Below are positions 8,650 to 20,249 of a DNA stretch of 27,187 nucleotides, piece by piece. The position numbers were made by a program, and so were the translations under genes. Numbering within the stretch: the first letter of the stretch is position 1; the number at the start of each line of letters is the position of its first letter. The notes under the pieces are model-generated. The model did not search any database and was not told the DNA's origin. It saw nothing but the letters and a program-made list of their open reading frames with translations. Source of the stretch: Myxococcota bacterium (lineage in GTDB: Bacteria; Myxococcota_A; UBA9160; PR03). Where the stretch lies: the NCBI GenBank assembly GCA_041611735.1, contig JBFIML010000052.1, positions 1 through 27,187 of the forward strand, given 5' to 3'.

Positions 8650-9580
8650 CCGCGGGGAACGCGGGGAGCACGCGGACGCCCCGGGCCGTGATGCGGCCGA
8701 TCTCGGTCACCGGGACCCCCAGGCGGCGGGCCAGGCGGGGGGTCGGGACGGCGTTCGGGCGCAGGCTGAAGAGGAGCTCGAAGTCCTCGCCTCCGGCGAG
8801 AAGGAGCTGCTCCGGATCGAGGCCCAGGCGGGCACAGGCGGCCTCGAAGCCCCGGGGTCGCGGGAGGCGCCGCCGGTCCAGGATCGCCCCCACCCGCGAG
8901 GCCCGCACCAGGTGGCCGAGATCGGCGCGCAGGCCGTCGGAGACGTCGATGCAGGCGCCGGCGCCGGGCAGCCGCGCCAGGGCCCGGCCCGCCCGCAGGC
9001 GCGGCTCCGGGGCCCGGCGCAGGGCGCCCCGGCCGCGCTCGGCCCGGGCCCGGGCCAGGGCGCTGGCCCCGAGGACCCCGGTGACCAGCAGCCGATCGCC
9101 CGGCCGGGCTCCCGCCCGGGAGAGCGCCCGGCCCCGGGCCACGGCCCCCAGGGCGGTCAAGGCCAGGGCGGTGTGCGGTCCACGGCTCACGTTGCCGCCC
9201 ACCAGCGGGCAGCGGTGGGCGCGGCCCGCCGCCAGGAGCCCGCGCAGCACGCCATCGAGCCGGCGCAGCTCGAGGTCGGGCGGCGCCTCCAGGGCCAAGA
9301 GCACGCCGAGCGGGCGGGCGCCCATGGCGGCCAGGTCCGAGAGGGCGGCGCCGAGCGCCCGGCGTCCCAGCAGCGCGGCAGGATCCGTGGACCAGCGGAA
9401 GTGGACGTCCTCCACCAGGGCGTCGGTGGTGACCACCAGGTCCTCGGCGGGGCGGGGACGCAGCACGGCGGCGTCGTCGCCGATGCCCACGCGCCAGGGG
9501 CCCGGGGGCGCACCGGCCCGCCGCGCCACCCGCGCGATGCGCTCGATCAGGCCGAACTCACCGAGGTCCCGCAGGCGCAC
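8600..9580 (-). CDS. thiL: Thiamine-monophosphate kinase
   Basis: [58 protein letters not shown]-terminal GWRHF. Confidence 0.96.
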   Translation of the reverse strand: MRLRDLGEFGLIERIARVARRAGAPPGPWRVGIGDDAAVLRPRPAEDLVVTTDALVEDVHFRWSTDPAALLGRRALGAALSDLAAMGARPLGVLLALEAPPDLELRRLDGVLRGLLAAGRAHRCPLVGGNVSRGPHTALALTALGAVARGRALSRAGARPGDRLLVTGVLGASALARARAERGRGALRRAPEPRLRAGRALARLPGAGACIDVSDGLRADLGHLVRASRVGAILDRRRLPRPRGFEAACARLGLDPEQLLLAGGEDFELLFSLRPNAVPTPRLARRLGVPVTEIGRITARGVRVLPAFPAGGADAARRDAGGWRHF

Positions 9581-11975
9581 GCGCGGGGAGCGTACTCGGC
9601 TTCGCCTCGCCGCGCGCGCGGCCCGGCCACGCCGGGCGCGGCGTGGGAACCAGGGCCGCCTCCAGCACCTCGTCCATGTGGGAGACGGGCACGAAGGACA
9701 CGCGGCGCTTCACCTCGCGCGGGATGTCGCGCAGGTCCTGCAGGTTGCGGGCGGGCAGGATCACGCGCGTGATGCCGGCCCGCACCGCGGCGAGGGCCTT
9801 CTCGCGCACGCCGCCCACCGGGAGCACGCGCCCGCGCAGCGTCACCTCGCCGGTCATGGCCGAGTCGGCGCGCACCGGCACCCCGGTGGCCAGGGACACC
9901 AGCGCCGTGGCGATGGTGATGCCCGCGGAGGGGCCGTCCTTGGGGATGGCGCCCGCCGGCACGTGCACGTGCACCTGGCGGCGGGCCAGGGCCCCCTCGT
10001 CGAAGCCGCGCCGCTCGAGATACGAGCGCGCGTAGGTGAGCGCCGCCTGGCCAGATTCCTTCATCACCTCGCCGAGCTGGCCGGTGAGCACGAGGCCGCG
10101 GCCGCGCGTCACCTCCACCTCGATGCGCAGCAGCTCGCCGCCGCTCTCGGTCCAGGCCAGGCCGTTGGCCACGCCGGCCTCCTCGGGCTGGAGACGCTCG
10201 TCGGCGGGATGGCGCGGGGGGCCCAGGAAGCGCACCACCGCGCGACCCGAGAGGCGCACGGCCGCCTCGTTCCCCTCGGCGGCCCGGCGCGCCACCTTGC
10301 GGCAGACGGCCGCGATCTGGCGCTCGAGGCCGCGCACGCCGGCCTCCTGAGTGTACTCGGAAACGACGCGGCGAACGGCCGCCGTGGACCAGGCGATGCG
10401 GTCGGCGGGGAGCCCGTGCTCCTCCATCTGGCGCGGAATCAGGAAGGAGCGCGCGATCTCGCGCTTCTCCTCGGGCGTGTAGCCCGGCAGGCGGATCAGC
10501 TCCATGCGGTCGCGCAGGGGCCCCGGGATCGGGTCGAGCAGGTTCGCGGTGGCGATGAAGAAGACCCTCGAGAGGTCGAAGGACAGGTTCAGGTAGTGAT
10601 CGCTGAAGCGGGAGTTCTGCTCCGGGTCGAGCACCTCGAGCAGGGCCGAGCTGGGGTCGCCGCGGAAGTCGGCGCCGAGCTTGTCCACCTCGTCGAGCAT
10701 GAAGACCGGGTTGTTGACGCCCGCCTGCTTCATGCCCTGCAGGATGCGGCCGGGCAGCGCCCCCACGTAGGTGCGCCGGTGCCCGCGGATCTCGGCCTCG
10801 TCGCGCACTCCGCCCAGGGAGATGCGCACGAACTCGCGGCCCATGGCCCGGGCGATGGAGCGCCCCAGGGAGGTCTTGCCGACCCCGGGCGGCCCCACGA
10901 AGCAAAGGATCGGCCCGCGCGAGTCGGGCCGCAGCTTGCGCACGCCCAGGAACTCGAGGATGCGATCCTTGATGCGCTCGAGATGAGCGTGGTCGGCGTC
11001 CAGGATCGCACGGGCGTTGGCCAGGTCGAGGCGGTCGGGGGAGGAGCGCGCCCAGGGCAGCTCCACCAGCCAGTCCAGGTAGCAGCGCACCACCTGGGCC
11101 TCGGGGCCGTCGGGGTGCATGCGCTCCAGGCGCCGCAGCTGGCGTTCCGCCTCCTGGTGGGCGTCGGCGGGCAACCCGGCGGTCTCGATCTTGGTGCGGT
11201 AGTCGTCGGCTTCCTCGACGCGCCCGTCACCGTCGCCGAGCTCGGACTGGATGGCGCGCATCTGCTCGCGCAGGTAGTGCTCGCGCTGGTTGCGGGAAAT
11301 CTCGTCCTTCACGTGGGAGTGGATCTCCGCCTGCATGGCGGAGACTTCGAGCTCGCGGCGCAGCAGCGCGTCCACCCGGCGCAGGCGCGCCAGGGGATCG
11401 ACGAGCTCGAGCACGTCCTGGGCGTCGGCCAGGCGCAGGCGCAGGTTCGAGGCCACCAGGTCCGCCAGGCGTCCGGGCTCCTGCACGTTGGTGGCCACGG
11501 CCAGCACCTCGGGCGGCAGGTTCTTGAGCGCCAGCAGCTCCTCGACGCGCGCGCGCACCGAGCGCATGAGCGCCTCCACCTCCACGCACCAGGGGGGCTC
11601 GGCATCGGCGGCGGCCAGCGGCTGCGCGCGCGCCCAGGGCGCCGTGCCGTACTCCACGAAGGACTCCACCCGGGCCCGGGCGATGCCCTGCACCAGCGCC
11701 TTCACGCGCCCGTCCGGCAGGCGCATGGAGCGCATCACCATGGCCACGGTGCCGATCCGGTAGAGGTCGGCGGGCTCCGGGTCCTCGAACTCGGGGTCGC
11801 GCTGGGCCAGCAGCAGGACGAAGCGGTCCCCGGCCAGGGCGTCGTCCAGGGCCACCACGGAGCGCTCGCGCACCAGGAACAGGGGCAGCGCCATGTAGGG
11901 AAACACCACGAGCTCCCGCAGCGGCACGACGGGCAGCTCTTCGGGGAACTCGTAGCGCGGGTCGCCGTCGCGCAT
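9558..11975 (-). CDS. lon: ATP-dependent Lon protease (endopeptidase La)
   Basis: N-domain LPVVPLRELVVFP; Walker A GPPGVGKTS; RGHRRTYVGALPG; Walker B MLDEVDK; catalytic PKDGPSAG and VGGVREK. Confidence 0.98.
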   Translation of the reverse strand: MRDGDPRYEFPEELPVVPLRELVVFPYMALPLFLVRERSVVALDDALAGDRFVLLLAQRDPEFEDPEPADLYRIGTVAMVMRSMRLPDGRVKALVQGIARARVESFVEYGTAPWARAQPLAAADAEPPWCVEVEALMRSVRARVEELLALKNLPPEVLAVATNVQEPGRLADLVASNLRLRLADAQDVLELVDPLARLRRVDALLRRELEVSAMQAEIHSHVKDEISRNQREHYLREQMRAIQSELGDGDGRVEEADDYRTKIETAGLPADAHQEAERQLRRLERMHPDGPEAQVVRCYLDWLVELPWARSSPDRLDLANARAILDADHAHLERIKDRILEFLGVRKLRPDSRGPILCFVGPPGVGKTSLGRSIARAMGREFVRISLGGVRDEAEIRGHRRTYVGALPGRILQGMKQAGVNNPVFMLDEVDKLGADFRGDPSSALLEVLDPEQNSRFSDHYLNLSFDLSRVFFIATANLLDPIPGPLRDRMELIRLPGYTPEEKREIARSFLIPRQMEEHGLPADRIAWSTAAVRRVVSEYTQEAGVRGLERQIAAVCRKVARRAAEGNEAAVRLSGRAVVRFLGPPRHPADERLQPEEAGVANGLAWTESGGELLRIEVEVTRGRGLVLTGQLGEVMKESGQAALTYARSYLERRGFDEGALARRQVHVHVPAGAIPKDGPSAGITIATALVSLATGVPVRADSAMTGEVTLRGRVLPVGGVREKALAAVRAGITRVILPARNLQDLRDIPREVKRRVSFVPVSHMDEVLEAALVPTPRPAWPGRARGEAKPSTLPARAPAGPR

Positions 11976-12014
11976 CCGAAGGACGTTTCGACCCGGGGGA
12001 CAGGGGACTTGAGG

Positions 12015-14072
12015 CTAGGGAAGCGAGACGAACTCCCCCCGCTCGACCCCCACCAGGAAGGGACGTTTCGCCGCATTGCCGTCCGGCCGCATGGCGGTGA
12101 CGCCCGAGACGCCGGGGAAGGCCCGCACCTGGAGGAGCCCTTGGCGCAGGTCGCCCGGACGCTCCCGGCCGCTCAGGAGCTGGAGGAGCGCCAGGTTGGT
12201 GGCGTCGAAGGACTCGGCTGCGAACACGCTGGGCGGCTCGCCGTAGGCCTGCTCGTAGCGGCGTGCGAAGTCCTGCACCGTCGGATAGGGGCTCGCCGGA
12301 TCGAAGGCGGCGGTGAAGACCGCGCGCTCCACGTGGCGGCCGCCGATGCGCAGGAGGTCCGGGTGGTACCAGCCGCTCGGCCCGAGCAGCCGGACCCCGT
12401 CCACGTCGTGGAAGGCCAGCTGGGGCGCGATGAGCACCACCTTGTCGTGGGAGTCGGGGATGAAGATCGCCTCGAAGTCCACGATGGGCGGGAGCGGCGT
12501 GCCGTCGGGGGCGAGCAGCCCCGCGGCCTGGGCGCGCAGCTCGGCGGCCTTCTCGGACGTCTGGCGCTTGGCGCGCGTGAGCAGGGCGCGGCGCTGGGCG
12601 AGGCGGCCCTTCTCCTCGGGCGTGAGCAGCTCGTAGCCCACCAGGCGGCGGATCGGCTCGGCGAAGTCGGTGTCGCCGGGCTCGTAGGCCGCCACGCCCA
12701 CCACGCGGCCGCCGCGCGCCTCCACCGCCCGCCAGAAGAGGGCGCGGAATTCCCGGCCGTAGGCGTCCGCCGGATACAGGATGGCGAAGCGGGTCGCGCC
12801 GAGCTGGCCCACGGCGTGCTCGGCCAGGGCCTCCGCCTCCATGCGCCGGGTGGTGCCCAGGCGGAAGACCTGGGTGTGTCCGCGGGTCACCTCCTCCTGG
12901 CGGGTCAGGGACAGGAGCGGGACCCCGGCGCGCTCGGCCGCATCGCCCGCCGCGCGCGCCTCCTCCACCATCAGCGGGCCGATCACTGCGGAGAGGCCCT
13001 TCTCCCGGGCCAGCTCCTCCACGGCCGCGGAGGCGGCCTCCGGGCGGCCGCCCGAGTCGCGCACCAGCACCCGGACGCCGCCGTCGCCGCTGGCGTCGGG
13101 ACGGAAGACGTTGGCGGCGAGCAGGATGCCGCGCAGGCTCTGCTCGGCCACGTTCGCCAGGGAGCCGGTGAGGGGCAGCACGACGCCGAGGGTCCCGGAC
13201 GCCCGGGCGAAGGCCGGCAGGGGCTGCGCGGCCACCTCGCCCAGGGACGGCGGCAGGACCGCCTGGGCGGGCTCGAGCTCGCCGACGGCGAGGCCCTGCT
13301 CCAGGGCCACGTGGCGGCGCGCCTCCTCGGGCGACAGGGGGAGCTTGGCGGCCCGGGCGAGTGCCGCCTGGGCGCCCTTCGCGTCGCCGGCCTGGAGGGC
13401 TCGCTCGACCTCCTCGAGCCACAGTCGCGCCGCCGGCTTGCGGCGGTTCAGGCGCTCGGCCGCCCGCACCAGGCCGTCCCGGTCCAGGCGCGCCACGATC
13501 GCCCCGATGCGTTCCTCGGCCGCGGCCGCCGCCTGGGGATCGCCGGCGTCGGCGGCGACGCGCGTCAGCCAGTGGAGCTCGTGGGCGATCTCGCCGCGCT
13601 CGCGGGCGAGATCGGCCAGAAGACGGTGGGCCCGGCGCCGCTCGTCCTCGTCGAGGAGCGGGAGCTGGAGGTCCATGATGGTGCGCCAGGCAGCCTCCGC
13701 GTCGCGGTCCTCGTGCTGCAGGCGCGCCAGCAGGAGGCGAGCCGACGCGGAGCGGTCGGCCTTGGGGTGGGCGCGCAGCAGGGCCTCGAGGCGGCCGCGG
13801 GCGGCCGTGCGGCGGCCCGCAGCCAGCTCGAGCTCGGCCAGGCGCAGGCCGGCGTCGTCGGCCAGGGCGCCGCGGGGCCAGCGGGCCAGGAAGAGCTCGA
13901 GGGCCTTGGCCTCGGCTGCCGCTCCCCGGGTGCCGAGGCCGCGCGCCGTCTCGAAGTCGCGCCGCTCCTCGGCGGTGGCGCGGGGCGCCGGGCGCAGGGA
14001 GGGCGGCACGCAGCCGGCGAGCCACCACGAGGCGACCAGCAGGGCTGCGAGCCGCAGGGACAGAGGGTTCAC
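12015..14072 (-). CDS. LpoA/LppC-like penicillin-binding-protein activator lipoprotein (TPR-like N-terminus plus periplasmic-binding-fold domain)
   Basis: Lipobox LAGC; helical repeats; LGVVLPLTG, AVIGPL, FAILYPADAYG, DFEAIFIPD, FPGVSG. Confidence 0.8.
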   Translation of the reverse strand: MNPLSLRLAALLVASWWLAGCVPPSLRPAPRATAEERRDFETARGLGTRGAAAEAKALELFLARWPRGALADDAGLRLAELELAAGRRTAARGRLEALLRAHPKADRSASARLLLARLQHEDRDAEAAWRTIMDLQLPLLDEDERRRAHRLLADLARERGEIAHELHWLTRVAADAGDPQAAAAAEERIGAIVARLDRDGLVRAAERLNRRKPAARLWLEEVERALQAGDAKGAQAALARAAKLPLSPEEARRHVALEQGLAVGELEPAQAVLPPSLGEVAAQPLPAFARASGTLGVVLPLTGSLANVAEQSLRGILLAANVFRPDASGDGGVRVLVRDSGGRPEAASAAVEELAREKGLSAVIGPLMVEEARAAGDAAERAGVPLLSLTRQEEVTRGHTQVFRLGTTRRMEAEALAEHAVGQLGATRFAILYPADAYGREFRALFWRAVEARGGRVVGVAAYEPGDTDFAEPIRRLVGYELLTPEEKGRLAQRRALLTRAKRQTSEKAAELRAQAAGLLAPDGTPLPPIVDFEAIFIPDSHDKVVLIAPQLAFHDVDGVRLLGPSGWYHPDLLRIGGRHVERAVFTAAFDPASPYPTVQDFARRYEQAYGEPPSVFAAESFDATNLALLQLLSGRERPGDLRQGLLQVRAFPGVSGVTAMRPDGNAAKRPFLVGVERGEFVSLP

Positions 14073-14087
14073 GGCCAGCTCGCTCGC

Positions 14088-15209
14088 CTAGCCGAGGAGC
14101 TTGCGGAGCTTCTCGAGGAAGCTCTTGGTCACGGGCGACATCTCCACGCCGCTCTCCGCGGCGAACTGCTCCAGCAGCTCGCGCTGCCGGCCGGTCACCT
14201 GGCTCGGCACCTCCACGAAGATGCGCACCAGCTGGTCGCCACGCACGCCGGAGCCCAGGGCGGGCAGCCCCCTGCTGCGCAGGCGGAAGACCGTGCCCGA
14301 CTGGGTGCCCTCCGGGATCGACATCTTCACCTTGCCCTCCAGGGTGGGCACCTCGATCTCGGTCCCGAGCACCGCCTGCACGAACTGCACGGGAACTTCG
14401 CACAGGAGGTCGCTGCCGTCGCGCTCGAAGAAGGGGTTGCGCTTGATGGAGATCACCACGTAGAGGTCGCCGGGCGGCCCTCCGGCGATGCCCGCCTCGC
14501 CTTCGCCCGGGATGCGCAGGCGGCTGCCGTCCTCGATGCCGGGCGGGACCTTCACGGTGAGGCTCTGCTGGCCCTCGGTGCGGCCGCTGCCACGGCAGGC
14601 GCTGCAGCGATCGCGCACCACCTCGCCGGCCCCGCCGCAGGCGTCGCAGGGGCGGCTGATGCGGAAGAAGCCCTGCTGGAAGATCACCTGACCGGTGCCG
14701 CGACAGCGGTCGCACAGGGTCGGCCCGCTGCCCGGGCGCGCGCCGCTGCCGCTGCAGGTGGCGCAGGGGCGCATCTTGGGGAGGTCGAGGGTGGGCTCGA
14801 CGCCCGTCAGCACGTCGGCGAGCTCGACTTCGAGGTTGTAGCGCAGGTCCGCGCCGCGCTGGCCGCGCCCGCGATGGCGCCGGCCGCCGGCCCGGCCGCC
14901 GAAGATGTCGCCGAAGAGATCGTTGAACAGATCCCCGAAGCCGCCCAGATCGCCGAAGTCCGGGAAGCCGCCGGGACCGGCGCCGCCCAGGCCCTGGAAG
15001 CCGAAGCGGTCGTAGCTGCGGCGTTTTTCCGGGTCCGACAACACCGCGTAGGCCTCGGAGGCCTCCTTGAAGCGCTCCTCGGCGGAGGGATCGTCGGGGT
15101 TGCGGTCCGGGTGGTACTGGAGGGCGAGGCGCCGGTAGGCCGCCTTGAGCGCCCCCGCGTCCGCGTGGCGCGGTACGCCGAGCACCTCGTAGTAGTCGCG
15201 CCGTGCCAC
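14088..15209 (-). CDS. dnaJ: Chaperone DnaJ
   Basis: [12 protein letters not shown] motif, G/F-rich region, four CxxCxGxG motifs. Confidence 0.98.
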   Translation of the reverse strand: MARRDYYEVLGVPRHADAGALKAAYRRLALQYHPDRNPDDPSAEERFKEASEAYAVLSDPEKRRSYDRFGFQGLGGAGPGGFPDFGDLGGFGDLFNDLFGDIFGGRAGGRRHRGRGQRGADLRYNLEVELADVLTGVEPTLDLPKMRPCATCSGSGARPGSGPTLCDRCRGTGQVIFQQGFFRISRPCDACGGAGEVVRDRCSACRGSGRTEGQQSLTVKVPPGIEDGSRLRIPGEGEAGIAGGPPGDLYVVISIKRNPFFERDGSDLLCEVPVQFVQAVLGTEIEVPTLEGKVKMSIPEGTQSGTVFRLRSRGLPALGSGVRGDQLVRIFVEVPSQVTGRQRELLEQFAAESGVEMSPVTKSFLEKLRKLLG

Positions 15210-15252
15210 GGAACCCTGGGCCTCTTCCCTGCGTTTTCCCTCGAAGTGGCGG

Positions 15253-15258
15253 ATTGTA
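15253..15258 (-). promoter_or_regulatory. Possible -10 box of an internal promoter upstream of dnaJ
   Basis: TACAAT on the - strand in the 94-bp dnaK-dnaJ spacer; no clear -35 box. Confidence 0.35.
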
Positions 15259-15303
15259 ACGCGGGGCCCGGGGCGGGGAACCCTTCGGGGAGGGGCGGCC
15301 AGG

Positions 15304-17127
<1,824 letters not shown>

Positions 17128-17178
17128 CGGCGCCGGACATCCCTTCTGCCGGGACCGGGCCGGGCTCGGTCCGCTAGC

Positions 17179-17868
17179 TCAAGCTTCGGAGTCTTCCCCC
17201 GCCGACCCCGCGTCGCCGGGCTTCGAGACGGCTACCCGCGTCGGCCTCAGCAAGCGATCCCGCAGCAGGTATCCGCGCTGGAACACCTGGACCACGGTGT
17301 TGGCCGCTACGGAACCGTCCACCGCCTGAGTCATCGCCTCGTGCACTTCGGGGTCGAAGGGCTTGCCGTGGGCTTCGATCTCGGCGACGCCGTGCTTCTG
17401 GAGCACCGTCAGCAGCTCGCGTAGCACCAGCTCGACGCCTTCCAGCAGGCCCTGGCGGTCGCCCTCCCCGCCCTCGCGCGCGTGGTCGATGGCTCGCTCC
17501 AGGTTATCGACCGTGGGCAGGAGATCCTTGACGAGATTCTGGTGGCCGTATTGAAGCGCTTCCTGCCGGTCCTTGAGGGCCCGGCGCCGGAAGTTCTCGA
17601 GGTCCGCGGCGGTGCGCAGCATGCGCTCCCGGGCGGCCTCGAGCTCGGCCCGGGTGGCCTCCAGCTCCTCGGCGAGCTTGCCCTTGCGAGCCGCCCCCGC
17701 GGGACGATCCCCGCGTCGCTCCTCCACGGCCTCGGCGGCCTCGCGGAGGGCCTGCTCGAGCTCCTCGCCGGGGTGGAGGGCCTTCTCGGTGGCCTCTTCG
17801 GCGAAGCCTTCCCAGCCTTCGTGGCGGTCGGACGCCTCGGGGCGGTTGTCGTCGGAGTTGCGGCTCAC
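17179..17868 (-). CDS. grpE: Nucleotide exchange factor GrpE
   Basis: ADLENFRRR, DLLPTVDNLERA, FDPEVHEAM, QRGYLLRDRLLRPTRVAVS. The GTG start at 17868 overlaps the hrcA stop (GTGA). Confidence 0.96.
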   Translation of the reverse strand: MSRNSDDNRPEASDRHEGWEGFAEEATEKALHPGEELEQALREAAEAVEERRGDRPAGAARKGKLAEELEATRAELEAARERMLRTAADLENFRRRALKDRQEALQYGHQNLVKDLLPTVDNLERAIDHAREGGEGDRQGLLEGVELVLRELLTVLQKHGVAEIEAHGKPFDPEVHEAMTQAVDGSVAANTVVQVFQRGYLLRDRLLRPTRVAVSKPGDAGSAGEDSEA

Positions 17869-18959
17869 GGGCCAGGTTGCTCCGTCAAGTGTTCCGTCAG
17901 GAGTTCGGACAGGAACCCCACCACCGGGATTACGCGAGCGTAGTCCATGCGCGAGGCACCGATCACCCCCAGAACGCCGAAGGGGCGGTGGGGATCCCCG
18001 TAGGGGGCGGCCACCAGGGCGCACTGGCGCAGGCCCGGCTCGCCGAGCTCGGCACCGAAGGCCACGCGCACGCCTTGTCCCTGGGGCTCCAGGGCCTCGA
18101 GCACCGAGTCCACCACGCGCAGCAGGGTGGCGCGGACCTCCACCACGGCGAGCAAGCTTCGGATGCGCTCGGGATCGTGGAACTCGGGCTGGTCGAGCAA
18201 GGCGAGGCGGGTCGCCACCACCAGGTCGGCGGGCTCCTCCGCTTCGGCGGCCAGCGCCCGTTGGCCCAGCTCGACGGCGCGCCGCAGGAGCCGGTTGGCT
18301 CCGTCGCGCAGAGCGCGCAGCTCCCCGGCCAGGAGCTCGCGCACCTCGGCCAGGGTATGCCCGGTGACGCGCTCGGAGAGGGCCACGGCGATGCGGTCGA
18401 GCTCAGCCTGATCGCCGGCGTCGCGGTCCCAGAAGACGCGGCGATGGGCTTCGCCGGTTCGGGAGACCAGCACCGCCAGCACCCGGTCGCTGGTGAGCCG
18501 AACCAGGGAGACGTGGCGCAGCACGACCCGTTCGAGCCGCGGTCCAACCACGAAGCCCAGCTGACGGGTGCGCTCCGAGAGCACCTGGGAGGTGGCGTGG
18601 AGCAGCGACTCGGGGTCCGCCTCGTCGACGCTCTCGGCCAGGGCCCGCTTCTCGTAGTCGCCGAGGAGGCGGGGATCGAGCAGCCGGTCCACGAAGATCC
18701 GGAGGCCCGTCTCGGTGGGAACCCGGCCCGCCGAGGGATGGGGCTTGTCCACCAGCCCGAGGTCGGCCAGCTCGCCCATGGTGTTGCGGATGGTGGCGGC
18801 CGAGAGCGGGGCGGAGAGCAGATAGGAGACCGTGCGGGAGCCCACCGGGCTGCCATCGCCCAGGTAGGCGGCCACCACGGCGCGCAGGACGTCCTCTTGG
18901 CGTTGGGTGAGTCGGATGTCCGAAACCCCCTGGGAAAACGGTCCTATACGGTTATCCAC
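17865..18959 (-). CDS. hrcA: Heat-inducible transcription repressor HrcA
   Basis: C-terminal part of the 1690-aa ORF: LTQRQEDVLRAVVAAY, PVGSRT, SAATIRNTMGELADLGLVDKPHPSAGRVPTETGLRIFVD, GVLGVIGASRMDY. Start uncertain (GTG 18959, or non-canonical near 18917-18926). Confidence 0.95.
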   Translation of the reverse strand: MDNRIGPFSQGVSDIRLTQRQEDVLRAVVAAYLGDGSPVGSRTVSYLLSAPLSAATIRNTMGELADLGLVDKPHPSAGRVPTETGLRIFVDRLLDPRLLGDYEKRALAESVDEADPESLLHATSQVLSERTRQLGFVVGPRLERVVLRHVSLVRLTSDRVLAVLVSRTGEAHRRVFWDRDAGDQAELDRIAVALSERVTGHTLAEVRELLAGELRALRDGANRLLRRAVELGQRALAAEAEEPADLVVATRLALLDQPEFHDPERIRSLLAVVEVRATLLRVVDSVLEALEPQGQGVRVAFGAELGEPGLRQCALVAAPYGDPHRPFGVLGVIGASRMDYARVIPVVGFLSELLTEHLTEQPGP

Positions 18960-18960
18960 A
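18952..18960 (+). promoter_or_regulatory. Consensus DnaA box at the 5' end of hrcA
   Basis: Exact TTATCCACA in a locally AT-richer stretch between hemW and the conserved part of hrcA; only one copy seen. Confidence 0.45.
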
Positions 18961-19015
18961 CGGGGCGCGGCGTCAACTTGCCGGGGCCCCGAGGCCTCGA
19001 GCCTCTTATCGGCCG

Positions 19016-20191
19016 CTAGACGAAATGCTCGAACACGGAATCGGACAGGAGCACGCCGCGGGGGGTCAGGCGCAGGCTGCCGTCGTCCCCTTCGGCTAGC
19101 AGCTCGGCGGCAACCAGCTGGCGGATGGCCCCGTCGTAGAAGCTCCGGGGCGAGGCGCCGAACTCCCGGGCGAAGCCCGGGGCGGCGAGCCCGGTAGCGG
19201 TGCGCAGGGCCAGGAAGATCGCCTCGCCCCGGGCCGTGCGGGCATCGAGGCGCTCGGGCGGGCCCTCCGCGGGCGACGCTCCGGCGGCCACGCGCTCCAG
19301 GTAGCCGGCGAGGCTGCGCTGGTTGGCGCGGCGGGCGCCGAAGGGGGCATCGGGCCGCGGCGGCTCCGTGGACCAGGCCCCGAGGCCGAGGCCGAGCACC
19401 GGGAGGCGCTCCCAGTAGCGGCGGTTGTGGACGGACTCGGCCCCCGGACGGGCGTAGCTGGAGATCTCGTAGCGGAGCAGGCCCGCCGCGCCGAGCCTGC
19501 GCTCGGCCGCTTGGAACATGTCCGCCATGGCGTCCTCGTCCGGGGGCGTGAGCTGACCGCGGGCGACGGCCGTGGCATAGGGCGTCCCCGGCTCGACGGT
19601 GAGCTGGTAGGCGGAGACGTGGGCGGGCTCGAAGCCCAGGGCCTCCACCAGATCCGCCTCGAAGCCGGCCCGGGTCTGGCCGGGGATCCCGAAGATGAGG
19701 TCCAGGGAGACGTCGGCGAAGCCGGCGGCGCGGCAGGCTTCGAGGGTGCGGCGCGCTTCGTCGGCGCGGTGGGCGCGGCCGAGGCGGCGCAGCAGACGGT
19801 CGTCGAAGGACTGGACGCCCACGGACAGGCGGTTCACGCCGGCGGCCCGGAAGCCCGGCAGGCGCTCGCGCTCCAGGGTGCTCGGGTTGACCTCGAGGGT
19901 CGTCTCGGGGTCTTCGTCGTGGACGAAGGCGGCGCGCACGGCCTCGACGAGGCGCGCCACGGACTCCGGGCGCAGCAGCGAGGGCGTTCCTCCGCCCAGG
20001 TAGATGCTGCGCAGGGAGCGTCCGGCGAAGTCGGGCCGGCGGGCCGCGAGCTCCGCCAGGAGCGCGTCCACGTAGACGTCCTCGGTTTTCGCTCCGAGGG
20101 GGCGGGCGCGCACCACGGCGAAGTCGCAGTACGGGCAGATGCGCTCGCAGAAGGGAACGTGGAGGTAGACGCCGACCGTGCCGTCGTCCAT
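19016..20191 (-). CDS. hemW: Radical SAM heme chaperone HemW
   Basis: YLHVPFCERICPYCDF, GGGTPS, NRLSVGVQSF, DLIFGIPGQT, YEISSYA, HNRRYW (HNxxYW). ATG at 20191; the usual position upstream of hrcA. Confidence 0.94.
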   Translation of the reverse strand: MDDGTVGVYLHVPFCERICPYCDFAVVRARPLGAKTEDVYVDALLAELAARRPDFAGRSLRSIYLGGGTPSLLRPESVARLVEAVRAAFVHDEDPETTLEVNPSTLERERLPGFRAAGVNRLSVGVQSFDDRLLRRLGRAHRADEARRTLEACRAAGFADVSLDLIFGIPGQTRAGFEADLVEALGFEPAHVSAYQLTVEPGTPYATAVARGQLTPPDEDAMADMFQAAERRLGAAGLLRYEISSYARPGAESVHNRRYWERLPVLGLGLGAWSTEPPRPDAPFGARRANQRSLAGYLERVAAGASPAEGPPERLDARTARGEAIFLALRTATGLAAPGFAREFGASPRSFYDGAIRQLVAAELLAEGDDGSLRLTPRGVLLSDSVFEHFV

Positions 20192-20249
20192 GGGGCAAGG
20201 ATAACCGGGGGCGCGGGGGCGCGGCGTGGCGGCTAGAATCGGTCTCGTC

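Noticed and set aside
17869-18024. N-terminal extension of GrpE in the ORF track
   Set aside because: It overlaps hrcA; the GTGA-coupled start at 17868 is more plausible.
18952-18960. DnaA box as a sign of oriC
   Set aside because: It is a single box in a ~100-bp region, with no box cluster, no AT-rich unwinding element and no dnaA/dnaN nearby.
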